DNA of 64,000 bases from Octopus vulgaris (lineage: Eukaryota), in the NCBI GenBank assembly GCA_951406725.2, contig OX597832.1, forward strand, positions 3,410,001-3,474,000. Reading direction: 5' to 3'. This document shows positions 11,013 to 24,345 of this stretch, piece after piece; the first letter of the stretch is position 1, and each line of letters begins with the position of its first letter. The position numbers were made by a program, and so were the translations under genes. The notes beneath the pieces were generated by a model. The model ran no database searches. It had not been told where the DNA came from and saw only the letters and a list, made by a program, of their open reading frames with translations.

Positions 11013-13912
11013 TATTCTATCCGAGGATATGAAACATTGTAGCAAAAATCAGTGCTTGTTATAATTTCTATAGAATATCTGTAGAGAAAACCTTAACAAG
11101 TTATGTAAAGTGCCCTGGTATCACAGAAGAATATGGTGTTGACTTAGAAAAATGTTTAATATACTTTATAGTACATTATGGTTGCATAATGGAAGACTGC
11201 GTCCCTACAAGTCATTGATATTTATGTAATGTAGAGCAGCACCAAACTGTTAATGTATACACACACACACAGTGTTACAGTGAATACCATCAAGGAAAAC
11301 ATCTCTGGACATAATTTAGTTTTAACTGCTATATATCAACTGGTTCTTTCAACATCTCAATATCTATCTCTGAGATCCTAAACTATATCTTTATTGCTTT
11401 ACTTACTGTCCCTTGTTTATTTTGTATAGACAGCTACCCTGTTATATTGGTAATAACCTCTTTTTATTCAATTCACACCACTTTTGTTTATCAGACACAG
11501 ATAGCAACAGCTTTATGTCAAGTTTTATTGTTGGAACATAAATGTTGGACTGTAGCTCTGTACACAAACTTTCCAGAATGTATTGTTATAAAAATGAGCA
11601 GTACATAGTCAAACTTAAGGATCTGTACATTAGTTATTGGTTAGTACAACAGCATACAAAACTAGCTTCTGACTAATAAGATCTGCGATTTGCTTTAATT
11701 TCTGATTCCCTCGGAAATGGCATTGGTATCAAAACATCATTTCTCTTACCTATAAATTTAATACTTCTAAAACTCATTGTAAAAAAAGGCAAGCAGTTGG
11801 TTTTAATTGAGGCACTTATATATGACTTTATATTTCCATTTGATTACTAATTTTCCAAAGGTAATATCACATTCTATCAACTTGCTATTATCTATTTTAT
11901 GTAAGAACCCATTATTTCATTATGTTTTGGACATTTAGTCCATTATACTAATAAGTCTCAGGTATAAAAACATTTTCCAAAACTTTAATTAATAAATTAA
12001 TTGAGTATTATAGGAACTTTGCCAATAGACCATAAATTCTTTGAGCTATAAACCTCAACATTAGACTATGTGCACACAAACATATGCATGCACATATCTG
12101 TGTGTGTGTGTGTGTGTGTGTTGATACATATTCCTTTCTTTCAGTCACCACTAGGACCCTTATTCTTGGATGTTTATATGGTCCCAGACTAAATTCAAAC
12201 AAGGAAATTTTTATATTTACACTAAGGGTGCTAATGTTCTTATAAACACATGTACAAATATTGCTAACAATTAAAGTTGTCAGTCTGGTGTCTCCTTACT
12301 GATTGGGTTATCCAATAAGTATTACATGTATTGTACCTTTGATCTTTCTGAAAAATTTTAATTTGTACATAATTTATGTATTGTTATGTTTAGGCAATTT
12401 TGGTTTAGCTTTTACTCTTCTCATTAAGGCATTCTCTGTTGTTTCTTACTAGAGGGTAATGAAATGCTAATTAAAATTTTACTCAGAATTTTATGACATC
12501 TGACAAAATTGTTAGCATTAGACATCTTAATTGACAGGAATTCTAATGCATAACAAACCAGTCAAACTGGAATGTATAAGATTTTTCCTGAAATGTAATA
12601 CATTCACAAATTTACTTTATTTTTGTCTCGACAATTGACCAAGTTTTAAATTGTAAAGGTGCTGGGGCTTTGAATGAGTTTATTTGGTACCTTGCAGTAA
12701 TTTTATCACAAAAATTCACTAGTAATATATCCTTCCTATAGGTTGATGTTATATTTCCTATGGAGCATGCTTGCTTTATCTTTTTTTGGTCTTTGTAGTT
12801 CTCCCTCATACAGAATCCCACATGTTTCATATTTTTTGCTCAGAGGAAGTCATTTTGTTGCTAATAGAGACAACAATTCCCTTGCCATACTCCAGCAAAT
12901 ATGCATTAACTGTATCCCCCTCCAGCACTAATTAAGCCACCAAGGTTATAAAAAGGATCAGGTATGTTTTGTAAACTGCCTGAGTAGTTCAGAGATAATT
13001 TTAAAAAGATGCCTTTATTGCTAACTACTGTGAAACTAACATATCTGAAATCCTAATTCTTTGACAGTTTGCCAGAGATTCCATTTTGTGTACCTATTTA
13101 GTATTTTCTCTTCACATATTATAATATGCAATATCACCTCCTACACACCTTACTATTTTCCTATGAAACCATTTTCTATTTGTGACCCATGATTTTATTT
13201 TTTTTCTAATCAAAAAATTTGGTCTAGGTCATGTTAACCTCTAGATAAAACAATTGTGGTAAAACTATGGAAGTTTGGCTGACTTTGTGAGAAGTAAGTT
13301 ATAAGCATTGCTGAACTCTTATTATATAACCAGTAAAAATGTAAGAAAGCTGATGACAGAACCCTGGTACACTATGTTTACTAATGAATTCACAGCCAAT
13401 TCTTTACTTACATATAGCAACCCTATACATAGCTTACAAGCAACTCACAGTTCAGTCATCTATGTGAAATTTCCTAAATTTTTCTCAGAGTAAAATACAG
13501 TGGTTTATTATGAGCTAGTGTGCATATATATGTTTGTGTGTGTGTGTCTATAAATTTGCTGAGTAAACACATACGTTTTGACTTTTAACTCCAGTAGAAT
13601 ATTTATCAAAGGTAAATATTTGATAAATAATGTCTTGCTGGCATGTACAGTAATATCTGTATCGTTATTGTCTATATTGTTATATGTCTTAATGAATTCT
13701 ATTTCACTGATGATAAGAGATTCTGTGATAGACGAAATTCAACAAGATAGAATTTGGTTAAGCTTCTGGCCATTTTTATTCTTGAAGTTATTAAACCAAC
13801 TGTACTACTATTATTATAATGACTGTACTGTTATTATTACTAGCAGGACTCATGGAAATTCCATGGTATAATTCTGTACATTTGAAAACATTATGCTAAT
13901 ATATTAAATACA

Positions 13913-14415
13913 AGGCAGTAAGCTGGCGGAATTGTTAGTACACTGTGCAAAATGCCTTGTGGTATTCATCTAGTTTTAACATGGCATTGACATGAATGCT
14001 TTTTATGTGAAACTAGAATGAGTGCTTTTTACATGGTGCTAGCACAAGTGCCTTTTACATGACACTGTGACCCCACAAGGTAAAGACCTCTTGGCTAAGA
14101 GAGGGTGAGGGAGGCATGGCTGTAAAGGACCTGCCTGTATGTATGAGTAGCCATAGTTCTACTTAGCTTGATGTGCCTTCTCAAGCACAGCAAATCACCA
14201 GAAGTCTTGGTCCATTGTCTTCTCCTCAGTGAGGTCATCCCATTTCTATTCTGTAGAAACATGTCTGGCCATGGGGAAATACAAATTTGCTTGGACACAG
14301 GTGAGGGTTGGTGACAGGAAGGGCATCCAGCCATAGAAAATCTGTTTCAATAAACTCTGTCCAAGCCATGCAAGCATGGAAAAGTGGATGTTAAAATGAT
14401 GATGATGACAATGAT
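13913..14415. mobile_element. Composite: SINE head (+), RTE 3' fragment (-, ~14000-14235) and RTE/SINE tail (+, ~14240-14415)
   Basis: aggcagtaagctggcggaattgttag resembles the 57618 SINE head; tctcaagcacagcaaatc resembles 2720-2760; ggaagggcatccagcc...gatgatgatg tail on +. Confidence 0.6.
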
Positions 14416-14895
14416 GTTATGTATCACATATCCACACATACACAAAGATCTTTATACATACACATACATACACATTATACATGCACACATACACACACAC
14501 AGTTAGTTAAAAAGATAAATAGATAGATTCCCACATATAGTGTATAGTACAGAAAATAAGTAATAGTCCAGTTAAAATTTAATTTGGTAAAGAAAGCCTC
14601 AGTTGTACGCCTGAAGTTGCTATATTTGCATATTTTAACCCTGTTGAAGAAATATCAGCTTTCACTTTGCAGTTTACCACCAAGCTTCTTAGAATCAAAG
14701 AAAACATTGAAAGAGACTGTTTCCTCCTTTTATTAGTCATGTTCAGTAAAAGTGTTCTCATTGAAGAGCGGATGTATAGTTGATTGTTACTGTTCAAACA
14801 ATTTAGCATTAAAGATACAAAATATTTCCTAAAGTATTAATTAGATTTTAAAATGCTGTGGAGATGTGTAGTTTAGATGTATTTCAAGTAATATT

Positions 14896-15042
14896 TCACA
14901 CACACACACACACACACACACGTATATATATATAGAGAGACAAAACAAAGAATATATATTTGAATGTTTTATGTGTGCATGTGTATGCATGCATACATGT
15001 ATACATTTGTATATATGTATACATGAGTATGCAAATGAATGT

Positions 15043-15074
<32 letters not shown>

Positions 15075-15592
15075 TCATATATATATATACATATATATAC
15101 ATATATATATATTTATATATGTATATATATATATTCATATGTATATATATTTATATATGTATATATATATATATTCATATGTATATATATGTATATATGC
15201 ATATATATATATATGTATATATGCATATATATATTCATATGTATATATATGTATATATGCATATATATATATGTATATATGCATATATATATTCATATGT
15301 ATATGTATTTATATATATATATGCATATATATATTCATATGTATATGTATTTATATATATATATGCATATATATATTTATATGTATATATATATATTCAT
15401 ATGTATATATATGTATATATGCATATATGTATATATATGTATATATGCATATATATATATATATGTATATATGCATATATATATTCATATGTATATGTAT
15501 TTATATATATATATGCATATATATATTCATATGTATATGTATTTATATATCTATGTATTTATATATATATAAATATGTATGTATATATATAT
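14896..15592. repeat. Cryptic (TA)/(TATG)/(TGCA) microsatellite with recurring ~40-60-bp higher-order units
   Basis: Recurrent atattcatatgtatatatatgtatatatgcatat units; source of the YIYI pseudo-ORFs. Confidence 0.95.
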
Positions 15593-16945
15593 GTTGGCTC
15601 TCTCATTGATGAAAATGGCACTCTTCAAGACAATGCCAAAACCATGAGAGAGATGCTGCAGAAACAATACTGCTCTGTTTTCAGCAATCCTGATATGGCT
15701 GATCTGGACTCTATCAATGATGTTACTCCCCAATACACCTTATCGGATATAACCTTTGGCGCCCTAATGTCTTAGCAGCAATAAAGGAATTCAAGCATAA
15801 TTCAGCAGTAGGTCCCGATAGGTTCCCTGCTTGTGTCTTGAAGATGTGTCAACACCAACTTGCCCCCACTGTAGCCAATCTATGGCGGAACTCACTGGAT
15901 GTTGCATTTATACCAGAAAACCTTCTATCCCAGTCTGTTGTCCCAGTTTTCAAGAAAGGAAACAAATCCCTTGCCATGAATTATTGTCCAATCTCACTCA
16001 CCTCTCGTATCATTAAGGTATTTGAGAGAGTGGTGAGATTGCGAATGACTCACTTTCTTGAGAGTCATAATATGCTGAACTCCAACCAACATGGATTCCG
16101 TAATAGAAGGGATTGCCTGACACAGCTACTGCATCATTTTGATGACATTTTGAGAGCTTTGGGAGAGGGTTCCAACACTGATGCTATCTACCTTGATTTC
16201 AGCAAGGCCTTTGACAGGGTTGATCATAAGATCCTTTTGAGAAAGCTGTTCAATATTGGTGTCACTGGAAAGCTGCTGTAGTGGATCAAGTGCTTCCTGT
16301 CAAACAGGACCCAACATGTTGTAATTGAAGGAATCAAGTCCAGCCCAGCCAAAGTCAGTAGTGGTATCCCACAAGGCACTGTGTTGGGCCCACTTCTCTT
16401 CATTATCTATATTAATGACATTACTGATATCATCAAACACAGTAACATCAGAATCTTTGCTGATGATTCCAAGCTCCAGAAGGTCATCAATGGCATGGAT
16501 GACCGGATAAGCCTTCAGTCAGACCTACTGGCTGTTGTCCAATGGGCAGAAAAGAACAACATGTTGCTAAATGAAAACAAATTCGAATTGATCCACTTTG
16601 GAAGAGAGGACACTCTGAAACTCCCATACTCCCTTCCTTCTGGTGAAATTCTCATGGCATCTAACAACATCAGAGACTTGGGAGTAACTGTGGACAACAA
16701 CATAAGCTGGGCTACACATATAAGCAGCAAAGTTGACATGGCCCACAGAATGTGTTCCTGGATTCTCAGAATCTTCCAGTCAGGAGATTCCCACACCATT
16801 ATCCTTCTCTTCTCCACTTTTGCCTGACCCCACCTTGAATACTGCTGTCCACTGAGGTCTCCCTACATGAAACAAAACATTATGAAAATGGAAGCTCCCC
16901 AAAGGTCAATCATGAAACAGATTGATGGCATGTCAGACCTCAACA
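15593..16945 (+). mobile_element. CR1-group LINE reverse transcriptase region, frameshifted and truncated at both ends
   Basis: GPD..PA, VVPVFKKG, NYCPISLTS, QHGFR, IYLDFSKAFDRVDH, SGIPQGTVLGPLLFIIYIND, IFADDSKL, RDLGV; stop codons at ~16279 and ~16825. Confidence 0.95.
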
Positions 16946-18647
16946 TGATCAAAGATTCTGCTGGTCTTGGAAGACTGAAATCATGTTGACTGAAAACATG
17001 TTGACTCAGTTTGGTTAAAACCTTTTCTATCTTTCTGAGGTTTCCTTGAAATGTTATCATAATTCGAGGCTGATATATTGTCCATACGACAAAGTCAAAT
17101 TATTTTATATGCAATGTATGTATGTAAATGGGCAGTTGAACAAATATATACACACAGATACACATAATGTGTTGGTGTGTCTCAAACAACATGTTTACAC
17201 TGCAGGTATTAAATCTTTGCAGTTGTATGTAGCTTACAGTCCTGTGATTAACATAACAACAAATATCTGTGGAGTGAAAGTCTGCTTGCTGATTCCAACA
17301 AATAGAGACAAACAGATAGATCAACTGAGAGAGAGAGAGAGAGGGAGAGAGAGAAAGAGAAAGAGCGAGAATGAGTTTATTTACCCCTATAGTTCTCATT
17401 CCTTGGATACGTAGTGTGGGTGAGAGGTATTAAGATAAATAAACTGTCTATGAATTTCTCTATCTATCAATGACAACACAAGGCCAAACAACAGGTTGTG
17501 GGAAGAATTTTTGAACTCATAAATAAGTCTTCAAGTCTGCAGTTATTTGTTATTTGATTATTGTCATAGTGAAACGTTGGTAGAATTTCGAATTAGAGAA
17601 TCCATACCTCATGGAAAACTACAATGGGTAGTTTTTTGTCTTTTTTTTTTTTAAGTATTCATATGTTTCAGAGAACAGACATTACAATTCTGTAGAAGTT
17701 GTTTTCAGATTCAGATTTTTTTACATTTTTATCCATCCCTAATATCTGTAATTTTTCTCTTTCTCATGAGGTATTGGGCTCCTCGTCTGAAACTCTGCTA
17801 TTATTTTATTTTGTGACATTGCTATATGCCTAATCACACAAGACCACACATAATTGGACGAAAGTAATATCCCTCATTACCTATATGTCTCACACCCTCT
17901 CCAGCCATCTGTAAATCTCTCACTATTCTCTCTCTCTCGTGCACACACAAACACACACCTTCTATCTATTTAGCCATCACTCCCCAACTTCCAACTATAT
18001 ATCTGTGATCTCTTCTCTCTACCTACTTACCTACATACATATATACACACCTGGCTGTCTGGTGTGTGTGTGTGTGTGTGTGTTCTCTAAAGGAGGCCAT
18101 AGTATAGCTGTCAGGTATTGGTACCCATGAATGCCTTAATAGAAGGAATTTTATGGTTATATGAGAAAGAGGTCAGGATTCCCTTCCATTAAAAAATGCA
18201 CGTTTTCACCACAGTTGAAATATTATTAGTGAAATAAGAGATGGACATTAATAACGATCTGTCTTCTTGGTGAATACTTCTCAAATCAGTATCAACACCT
18301 TCCTTACTCAGTTATGCTTTGCTTCTCTGTCCTCTCTGAAACCCAGCATAACTGGCAATAAATGTTCTGCCTGATTGCTACTTTCAATTCTCAGTATTAT
18401 AGCATTTCAAAGCAGAATTTGGTTTTAAACAATCCCATATTTTGCACTCTTAGATCTATTCTACCTGTAAAATATTTAATTGCTGTTTTCATTTCTTAGT
18501 TTAAAGATAGAAAATTAAATCTGGTAAAATTGCGTATTCAATAAAAATTTATATGATTAACTTTTAATGAAGTTCAGAAGTGTTTTGTCAGCAATGTTTA
18601 CTCAACTAAAATAAAATCTATGTTTTTGGTGATTATAATTGCTTGTG

Positions 18648-19148
18648 ACGACCTGTTGAAGCAAGTGAAATCGAAATCAAATTCGATGACTGGCATCCGT
18701 GCTAGTGGAGCGCTAAGAGTACCATCTGAGCATGATCGTTGCCAGAGTAGCTAACTGGCTTCCATGCCGGTGATACGTAAAAAGCACCATTCGAGTGTGA
18801 TTGTTACCAGTGTCACTTTACTGGCACTTGTACCGGTGGCTCGTGAAAAAACATTCAAGCGATGTTGTTGTCAGTGCCGCTGGACTGGCTCCTGTGCAGG
18901 TGGCATGTACAAAACACCATTTGAGAGTGGCCATTGCCAGTACTGCCTGATTGGCCCTCGTGCCAGTGGCATGTAAAAGCACCCACTACACTCTTGGAGT
19001 GGTTGGCGTTAGGAAGGGTATCCAGCTGTAAAAACTCTGCCAGATCAAGATTGGAGTCTGGTGCAGCTAACTGGTTCGCCAGTCCTCAGTCAAATTGTCC
19101 AACTCATGCTAGCATGGAAAGCAGACGTTAAATGATGATGATGATGAT
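18648..19148 (+). mobile_element. RTE-like LINE 3' UTR: five ~65-nt hairpin units, conserved tail and (GAT)n
   Basis: gacctgttgaagcaagtgaaatc start; ctggc-type motifs at 18690, 18755, 18821, 18885, 18951; tail ggagtggttggcgttaggaaggg...gcatggaaagcagacgttaaatgatgatg. Confidence 0.88.
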
Positions 19149-19152
19149 ATGT

Positions 19153-19666
19153 AGTCTCATAAAATTAAAAAGTCTCTAAAAGGAAATGGAGAAGAAAAAT
19201 TAAAAAGATGCTTGGTTTGTTTTATTTGTATTACAATTGGAAAAGTAATGCAAATCAAAAGATGAAAAAAATATACCTATTAAGAGTATAAAAGGAACCT
19301 CCTCAACCAACAAAATAACCCCAAAATATAAAAAAAATTATAAGATATTCTACATACATTTTTCTTATTTTTCTTGAAGAGTTCTAACAATATACAGATT
19401 ATTGCATCTTTTAAAGTTATAATTATTGATGATTCTTAAATATTGTTATATCAAAACATATATGTGTATGAAGAATATCTTCTTGTTTTTTGATATTTTT
19501 AGGTTATTTAGTTGGTTGAGACGGTTCCTTTTAAACTCTTATAGGTATATTTTTCAACTTTTATTTTGCATTACTTTTCCAATTGTAATACAAATAAAAC
19601 GAACCAAGCATATTTAACATTTTTCTTCTCCATTTTCTTTTATTGACTTTTTAATTTTATGAGACT
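19153..19666. mobile_element. Fold-back / MITE-like element with ~205-bp inverted arms
   Basis: Arm 19153-19358 (agtctcataaaattaaaaagtc...aagatattctacataca) is the imperfect reverse complement of 19465-19666; spacer ~105 bp. Confidence 0.85.
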
Positions 19667-19757
19667 GTTTATAGACATATATATTGATGATCTTCCTATC
19701 AATATATCTGGTAAAACCAGATATATTTATGTGGATATTACTTCCTCAGATTCTGAA

Positions 19758-19798
<41 letters not shown>

Positions 19799-20729
19799 CT
19801 GGTGTAGTGCATACCAGTACTAGATTCTTAACTCAAAATTTGAGAAGAGAAAACTAAATAGCATACACTCACTCACACACACAAAACTAAGCATTTTGTG
19901 GTTCTGTGTGTGTATGTATATATATGTGTATGTATGTTACTGTTTTGTGAGAGAGGGTTACGACATGCACAGTCTGGCATTGTTATAATAAACCATTTTA
20001 CTTCATGCAGCTTGCATCACTTATTAATGGTTGGATTCAGTTTACTAATGTGGATAGCCTAAATAGCAACTGTGATTCTTTAGGTGTGGAATTTCTTCAA
20101 ATGTCTCTTAACTGATGTATTTGTGTGGATCTGTTCCTTAATGTGGTTAAGCTGTTTTTGAACAGTGCTCCTCATATAGGAAGCACTTTTATTGCAGATT
20201 TTTTCGTACATATCATAAGCCATCAGTCACATATTGTTGTGCATATATCACTTTGTCTGTTGACTGATTTCTATACAAGAATTTCATTAAACAAGAATCA
20301 GAAAGCATCATCTGTATAGTCAAACTCTCTGCACATTGTGCTTAACAGGTTGAATTACAACATTGGTGCTATCACTGATACACAGCAGTCTCTGAAAATT
20401 CACACTATCTTCAGAGGTACAGGTCTTTCTTATGGGTATATTGGCATTTACTGTGATTTGTCAAAATATGGTGGATAGCTTTTGTTCAAAAGAACCTGTT
20501 GGAATTGCTTGGTATTGATTGATCCATCTACTGCCTCACCACATTTGTTACTTATCCAGAAAATTTCATTTCCTTCTTATGGGCTTGGTTCTGGTGGGTA
20601 GGCCTCATTTTTAGTGTAGAAATAGGTCCCTGCTGCCTACTTTTCTATAAAAATTATTGCTGCTTGTTTGTTCCATTGTAATTGTGAGGTGTAATTGAGC
20701 AGTTCTGGTCAGAATGCAGATCACTTAGC

Positions 20730-20989
20730 ATCTGTCTAAATGACATCCTCTCAAATCATCAGTCATATTTCATTAAGCTTATTTATTTTTTCAAGCTTAA
20801 TTATTTGTATCATTTATCTTTTATTTGTTTCTGTCATCTCCAGATATTTATAATTTAGTTATAAGGTGCAGGCATAGCTGTGTAGTAAGAAGCTTGCTTT
20901 CCAACCACATATTGCTATATTCAGTCCCATTGTATAACACCTTGGGCAAGTGCCTTCTGCTATAGCCTAGGGCTGAACAAAATTTTGTG

Positions 20990-21042
<53 letters not shown>

Positions 21043-21283
21043 ATGTGTCTTTGTGTTTGTGTCCCCACCACTGCTTGACAATTGGTATTGGTTTGTTTAT
21101 GTTTCTGTAACTTAGTGGTTCAGCAAAAGTGTAGAATAAGTACTAGGCTTTAAAAAAATAAGTCAGTTTGTTCAAATGACTGAAACAAATAAAAGATAAA
21201 TGATACAAATAATTAAGCTTCAAAAAATAAATAAGCTTAATGAAATATGACTGATGATTTGAGAGGATGTCATTTAGACAGAT
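20730..21283. repeat. 108-bp near-perfect inverted repeat (20730-20837 / 21176-21283) enclosing a SINE
   Basis: Base-by-base comparison gives 2 mismatches in 108 bp. Confidence 0.92.
20866..21200 (+). mobile_element. tRNA-derived SINE with internal (GT)n
   Basis: gcaggcatagctgtgtagtaagaagcttgc...ttcagtccc...ccttgggcaagtg head; taacttagtggttcagcaaaag...aataagtactaggc...aaatgactgaaacaaataaaag tail; same family at 43537-44315 and 61050-61430. Confidence 0.82.
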
Positions 21284-21581
21284 ATTTTCACAGATAGTAG
21301 ATAAGTAGATGAAAAATAATAAGTTGTTATTCCACCCTGATATTACTTAGATTATTGCACTGTATATATAAAATTTTGCTGCCAGAAATTGCAGATTAAA
21401 ATATATTGACTGTATATAGGAATCTTTTTAAATCTTCATACAGACAATTTCCTTATAAATAAAATCTTTCGAAATGTCTTTTCTGAACAGCTATGACATC
21501 AAGTCAACAAATACATCCATCATCTTAATGTTTACTGAGTACAGCACTTTTATAATCCTATTATTTTGAATTTCTTTTTAG

Positions 21582-21716
21582 GGTAATTTTGGCTTGCGAG
21601 GTTTGCAAGGACCACCTGGTCTCCCAGGATTCCCTGGCAATGATGGCCCTGTTGGAAATCAAGGAGTTTTTGGTGATGAAGGTGACAAAGGAGCAACAGG
21701 TCCAAAGGGACATAGA
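21582..21716 (+). CDS. COL4A1: Type IV collagen exon, 15 Gly-X-Y triplets: GNFGLRGLQGPPGLPGFPGNDGPVGNQGVFGDEGDKGATGPKGHR
   Basis: tttctttttAG acceptor (21580-21581), GTAAGT donor at 21717, 135 nt, phase 0, uninterrupted Gly every third codon, in frame with the upstream exon. Confidence 0.93.
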
Positions 21717-22281
21717 GTAAGTTACAGAATATATTTTTCTATTAATTTTGTTTATTTTAATTGTCAACAAGGCATATTATTGACTAAGAAATATGGACTA
21801 AGAAATATGTAGAGCATTTCGTAATTTTGTACCTGTCATATGTATATGAACATTAGTAATACACACATACGACTCTCTCTCTCTCTCTCTCTCTCTTTCT
21901 CACACACACACACACACTAAAATACTGAAAGCTGTTTTGGTATTCAATGCTTTAAAGCATATTCAATCATTTTGGCAAATTGCTGTCAAAATTACATAAC
22001 AGTTGTAGAAAAAAATATTATTTAATTATACAGTACACTTCAGTGTCTTGCAATAAATGCAATAACTGGTGTTACAAGCTCAATATATATTTTTCTTATG
22101 TAAATTATCAATAACGTTGCAAGTCACACAGTATAGAATGGAACTATATGTTATATAAACCATTGTTTCCTATATGTTATTCTAAAACTTGGTTCATATT
22201 TAGTACACTGGCCAATTCTAAAGTTTGATGCCTTGTGTCATACAGCACTGAATATAGTGCATATATTCAATAGCTAACTAG

Positions 22282-22322
<41 letters not shown>

Positions 22323-22656
22323 GTGATTTAGACTCAGTTGAATTAGGTACTTAAATTTAGGCACCTTGTTAGGATGAACTAATTTGCACACTCAGGCAAT
22401 ATCAGGTGAGTATCAAACTTTATGCAGAATATTTTTCCCCTGCTGATATTCTTGCAGTGTATGCAGATAGCAAAATCTGCTCTTGTTTGTTCAGACATGT
22501 ACTTTTTTATAAACATACTTTCTGTAATACTTTTGAAGTGCAGATTCCAGGGTAGGTAAGTAAAATATAAATGAGTAACAAAGATATATATGTATCAGTT
22601 CATTACAGTGTAATGAATTGACACTTATACACCTGTGTTACTCATTTGTGTGTGTG

Positions 22657-22700
<44 letters not shown>

Positions 22701-22812
22701 CAGGGTGCGATGGGTAAATTGTTGCCATTTTATATTTTTAGTTTTACACATGCACATTGTTTGTTTTTGATTTTGTTGACTACACAATATAGTAGGGTCA
22801 GTTGGGCACTAT
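22701..22812 (+). mobile_element. Probable Tc1/mariner terminal fragment
   Basis: TA followed by cagggtg, a typical Tc1-type terminus; no partner terminal repeat located. Confidence 0.4.
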
Positions 22813-23755
22813 ATATACATACATGCATTTTGAGTTGGCATAGGACTGGAATTTGACCAAAAGAAATGTTCACATTTGATTGTTGAACCAGGAAAATCAG
22901 TCCCTTAGAACCTGCCCCTCAAACCTCTGCACCGATGGTCTTACTATCTCTCCTGTCCCACACAAATAATACTACAAGTACCTAGGCATTGTTGAAAATA
23001 TATCAAAGAGGTTACTATGAATATAGATAGAGTGGCCCCAAAATATTATACCAGACTTAGTAAAATATGGCAGTCAGAACTCCCCTCTTACAGCAAGACA
23101 ATATCCCACAATGCATTTGTAGTACCAGTGGTGATTCCAGCATTTGGGGTACTTGACTGAGCTGTGGGGAAATTTTTCTCCATAGATGTCAAAACCTGCA
23201 AGATACTGACATCAACTTGAAATATCCATAGAAATAGTGATTTTGACAGTTCTACCTAAGAAGATACAAAAGAGGTAGAGGCTTGATATTTTTGTAAATA
23301 ATCTTTGAATGTCACATAGTCTCTCTCAGAGAGCACTTGCTAAACAACAACAGCAAAAATAAATATATTGACTTGGTGCTGAAAAGTGAAGAGAACAATA
23401 TCCTATGTGTCAGCAGTAAGTGCCTCAGGAAGAGAGATCTTCCTGATGACCTCCTATACAACCCCAAAACAGCCAGACTAACATACCTCAAAGAAGACCT
23501 GGAGGGTATTTTCAGCATACCGAAAATAGACTATGCATGGGTATTTTTCCTGAAGACTTGAAGAAGACATTAAGTGCAGCCTCACTTGGACTTGTGACTG
23601 CTACATCACATCACATTTCAATGGCTATGCATTTGAAATCCAAGAACAGGAGATTGCTATGAAATATCTAATAAACAAAAGAGATAGTGAAACCCTTGGA
23701 GCTCCAAGGCACACATTATTTACATTTGATGGATATTTGTCCACATCTCGTTGTT

Positions 23756-23798
23756 AACATGTTTCGGCTGATATACTCTCCAGCCTTCATCAGGTGTC
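23756..23798 (-). ncRNA. Minimal hammerhead ribozyme motif (core intact, short deletion after stem III)
   Basis: gacac-CUGAUGA-a-ggcug-loop-cagcc-GAAAC-auguu. Confidence 0.65.
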
Positions 23799-23887
23799 TT
23801 GGGGAAATTTCAAACTTGGGTTCTCATTCCTAAGGTATTTTTCGATGCTGTTGTTGTTGTTATTATTATTATTACTACTACTACTAC

Positions 23888-23920
<33 letters not shown>

Positions 23921-23922
<2 letters not shown>

Positions 23923-23998
23923 TCACTGCCTGGATTTGAACTTGGAATCTTGGGGTTAGTAGCCCACGCTTCACTCTTGACCACTACACCATATGCCC
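23921..23998 (-). pseudogene. tRNA-like sequence (Pol III A and B boxes) embedded in the Penelope terminal repeat
   Basis: gggcatatggtgtagtggtcaag...gtgggctactaaccccaagattccaagttcaaatccaggcagtgacc: A box TGGTGTAGTGG, B box GTTCAAATCC; acceptor stem does not close. Confidence 0.7.
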
Positions 23999-24198
23999 GT
24001 GGGCAATTATAGAGTGAATTTTAGGGCTTATAAATCTAATATTTTCCTATCTTTCCTTAATACTGGTTCCCATATGCTACTCATATTTGCACTTGGTCTG
24101 CTTAGGAGGCTGTTGTGTCCTAGCATATGTGCTGCTTCTTTTAGTTTTCATATTTTCCAGTGGTGTTCTTTGTCTATTATTATTCAGTAACCTGAATG

Positions 24199-24249
<51 letters not shown>

Positions 24250-24299
24250 GCATCAAAAAATACCTTAGGAATGAGAACCCAGGTTCGAAATTTCCCTGA

Positions 24300-24345
24300 G
24301 ACACCTGATGAAGGCTGGAGGGTATATCAGCCAAAACATTGTGTT
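24300..24345 (+). ncRNA. Minimal hammerhead ribozyme motif with G12A change, consistent with CpG decay
   Basis: gacac-CUGAUGA-a-ggcug-loop-cagcc-AAAAC-AUU-guguu; stem I gacac/guguu and stem II intact. Confidence 0.65.

Noticed and set aside
17766-17800. ctcatgag...gaaactctg hammerhead-like word pair
   Set aside because: The core is mutated and stems I-III cannot be formed convincingly.
21717-21812. Continuation of the collagen ORF as in the ORF track (21594-21812); likewise 3799-3999
   Set aside because: The Gly-X-Y pattern stops exactly at a GTAAGT donor; the extensions are intronic.
23921-23998. Functional tRNA gene
   Set aside because: The acceptor stem does not pair, there is an insertion near the D arm, and it lies inside a retroelement repeat.
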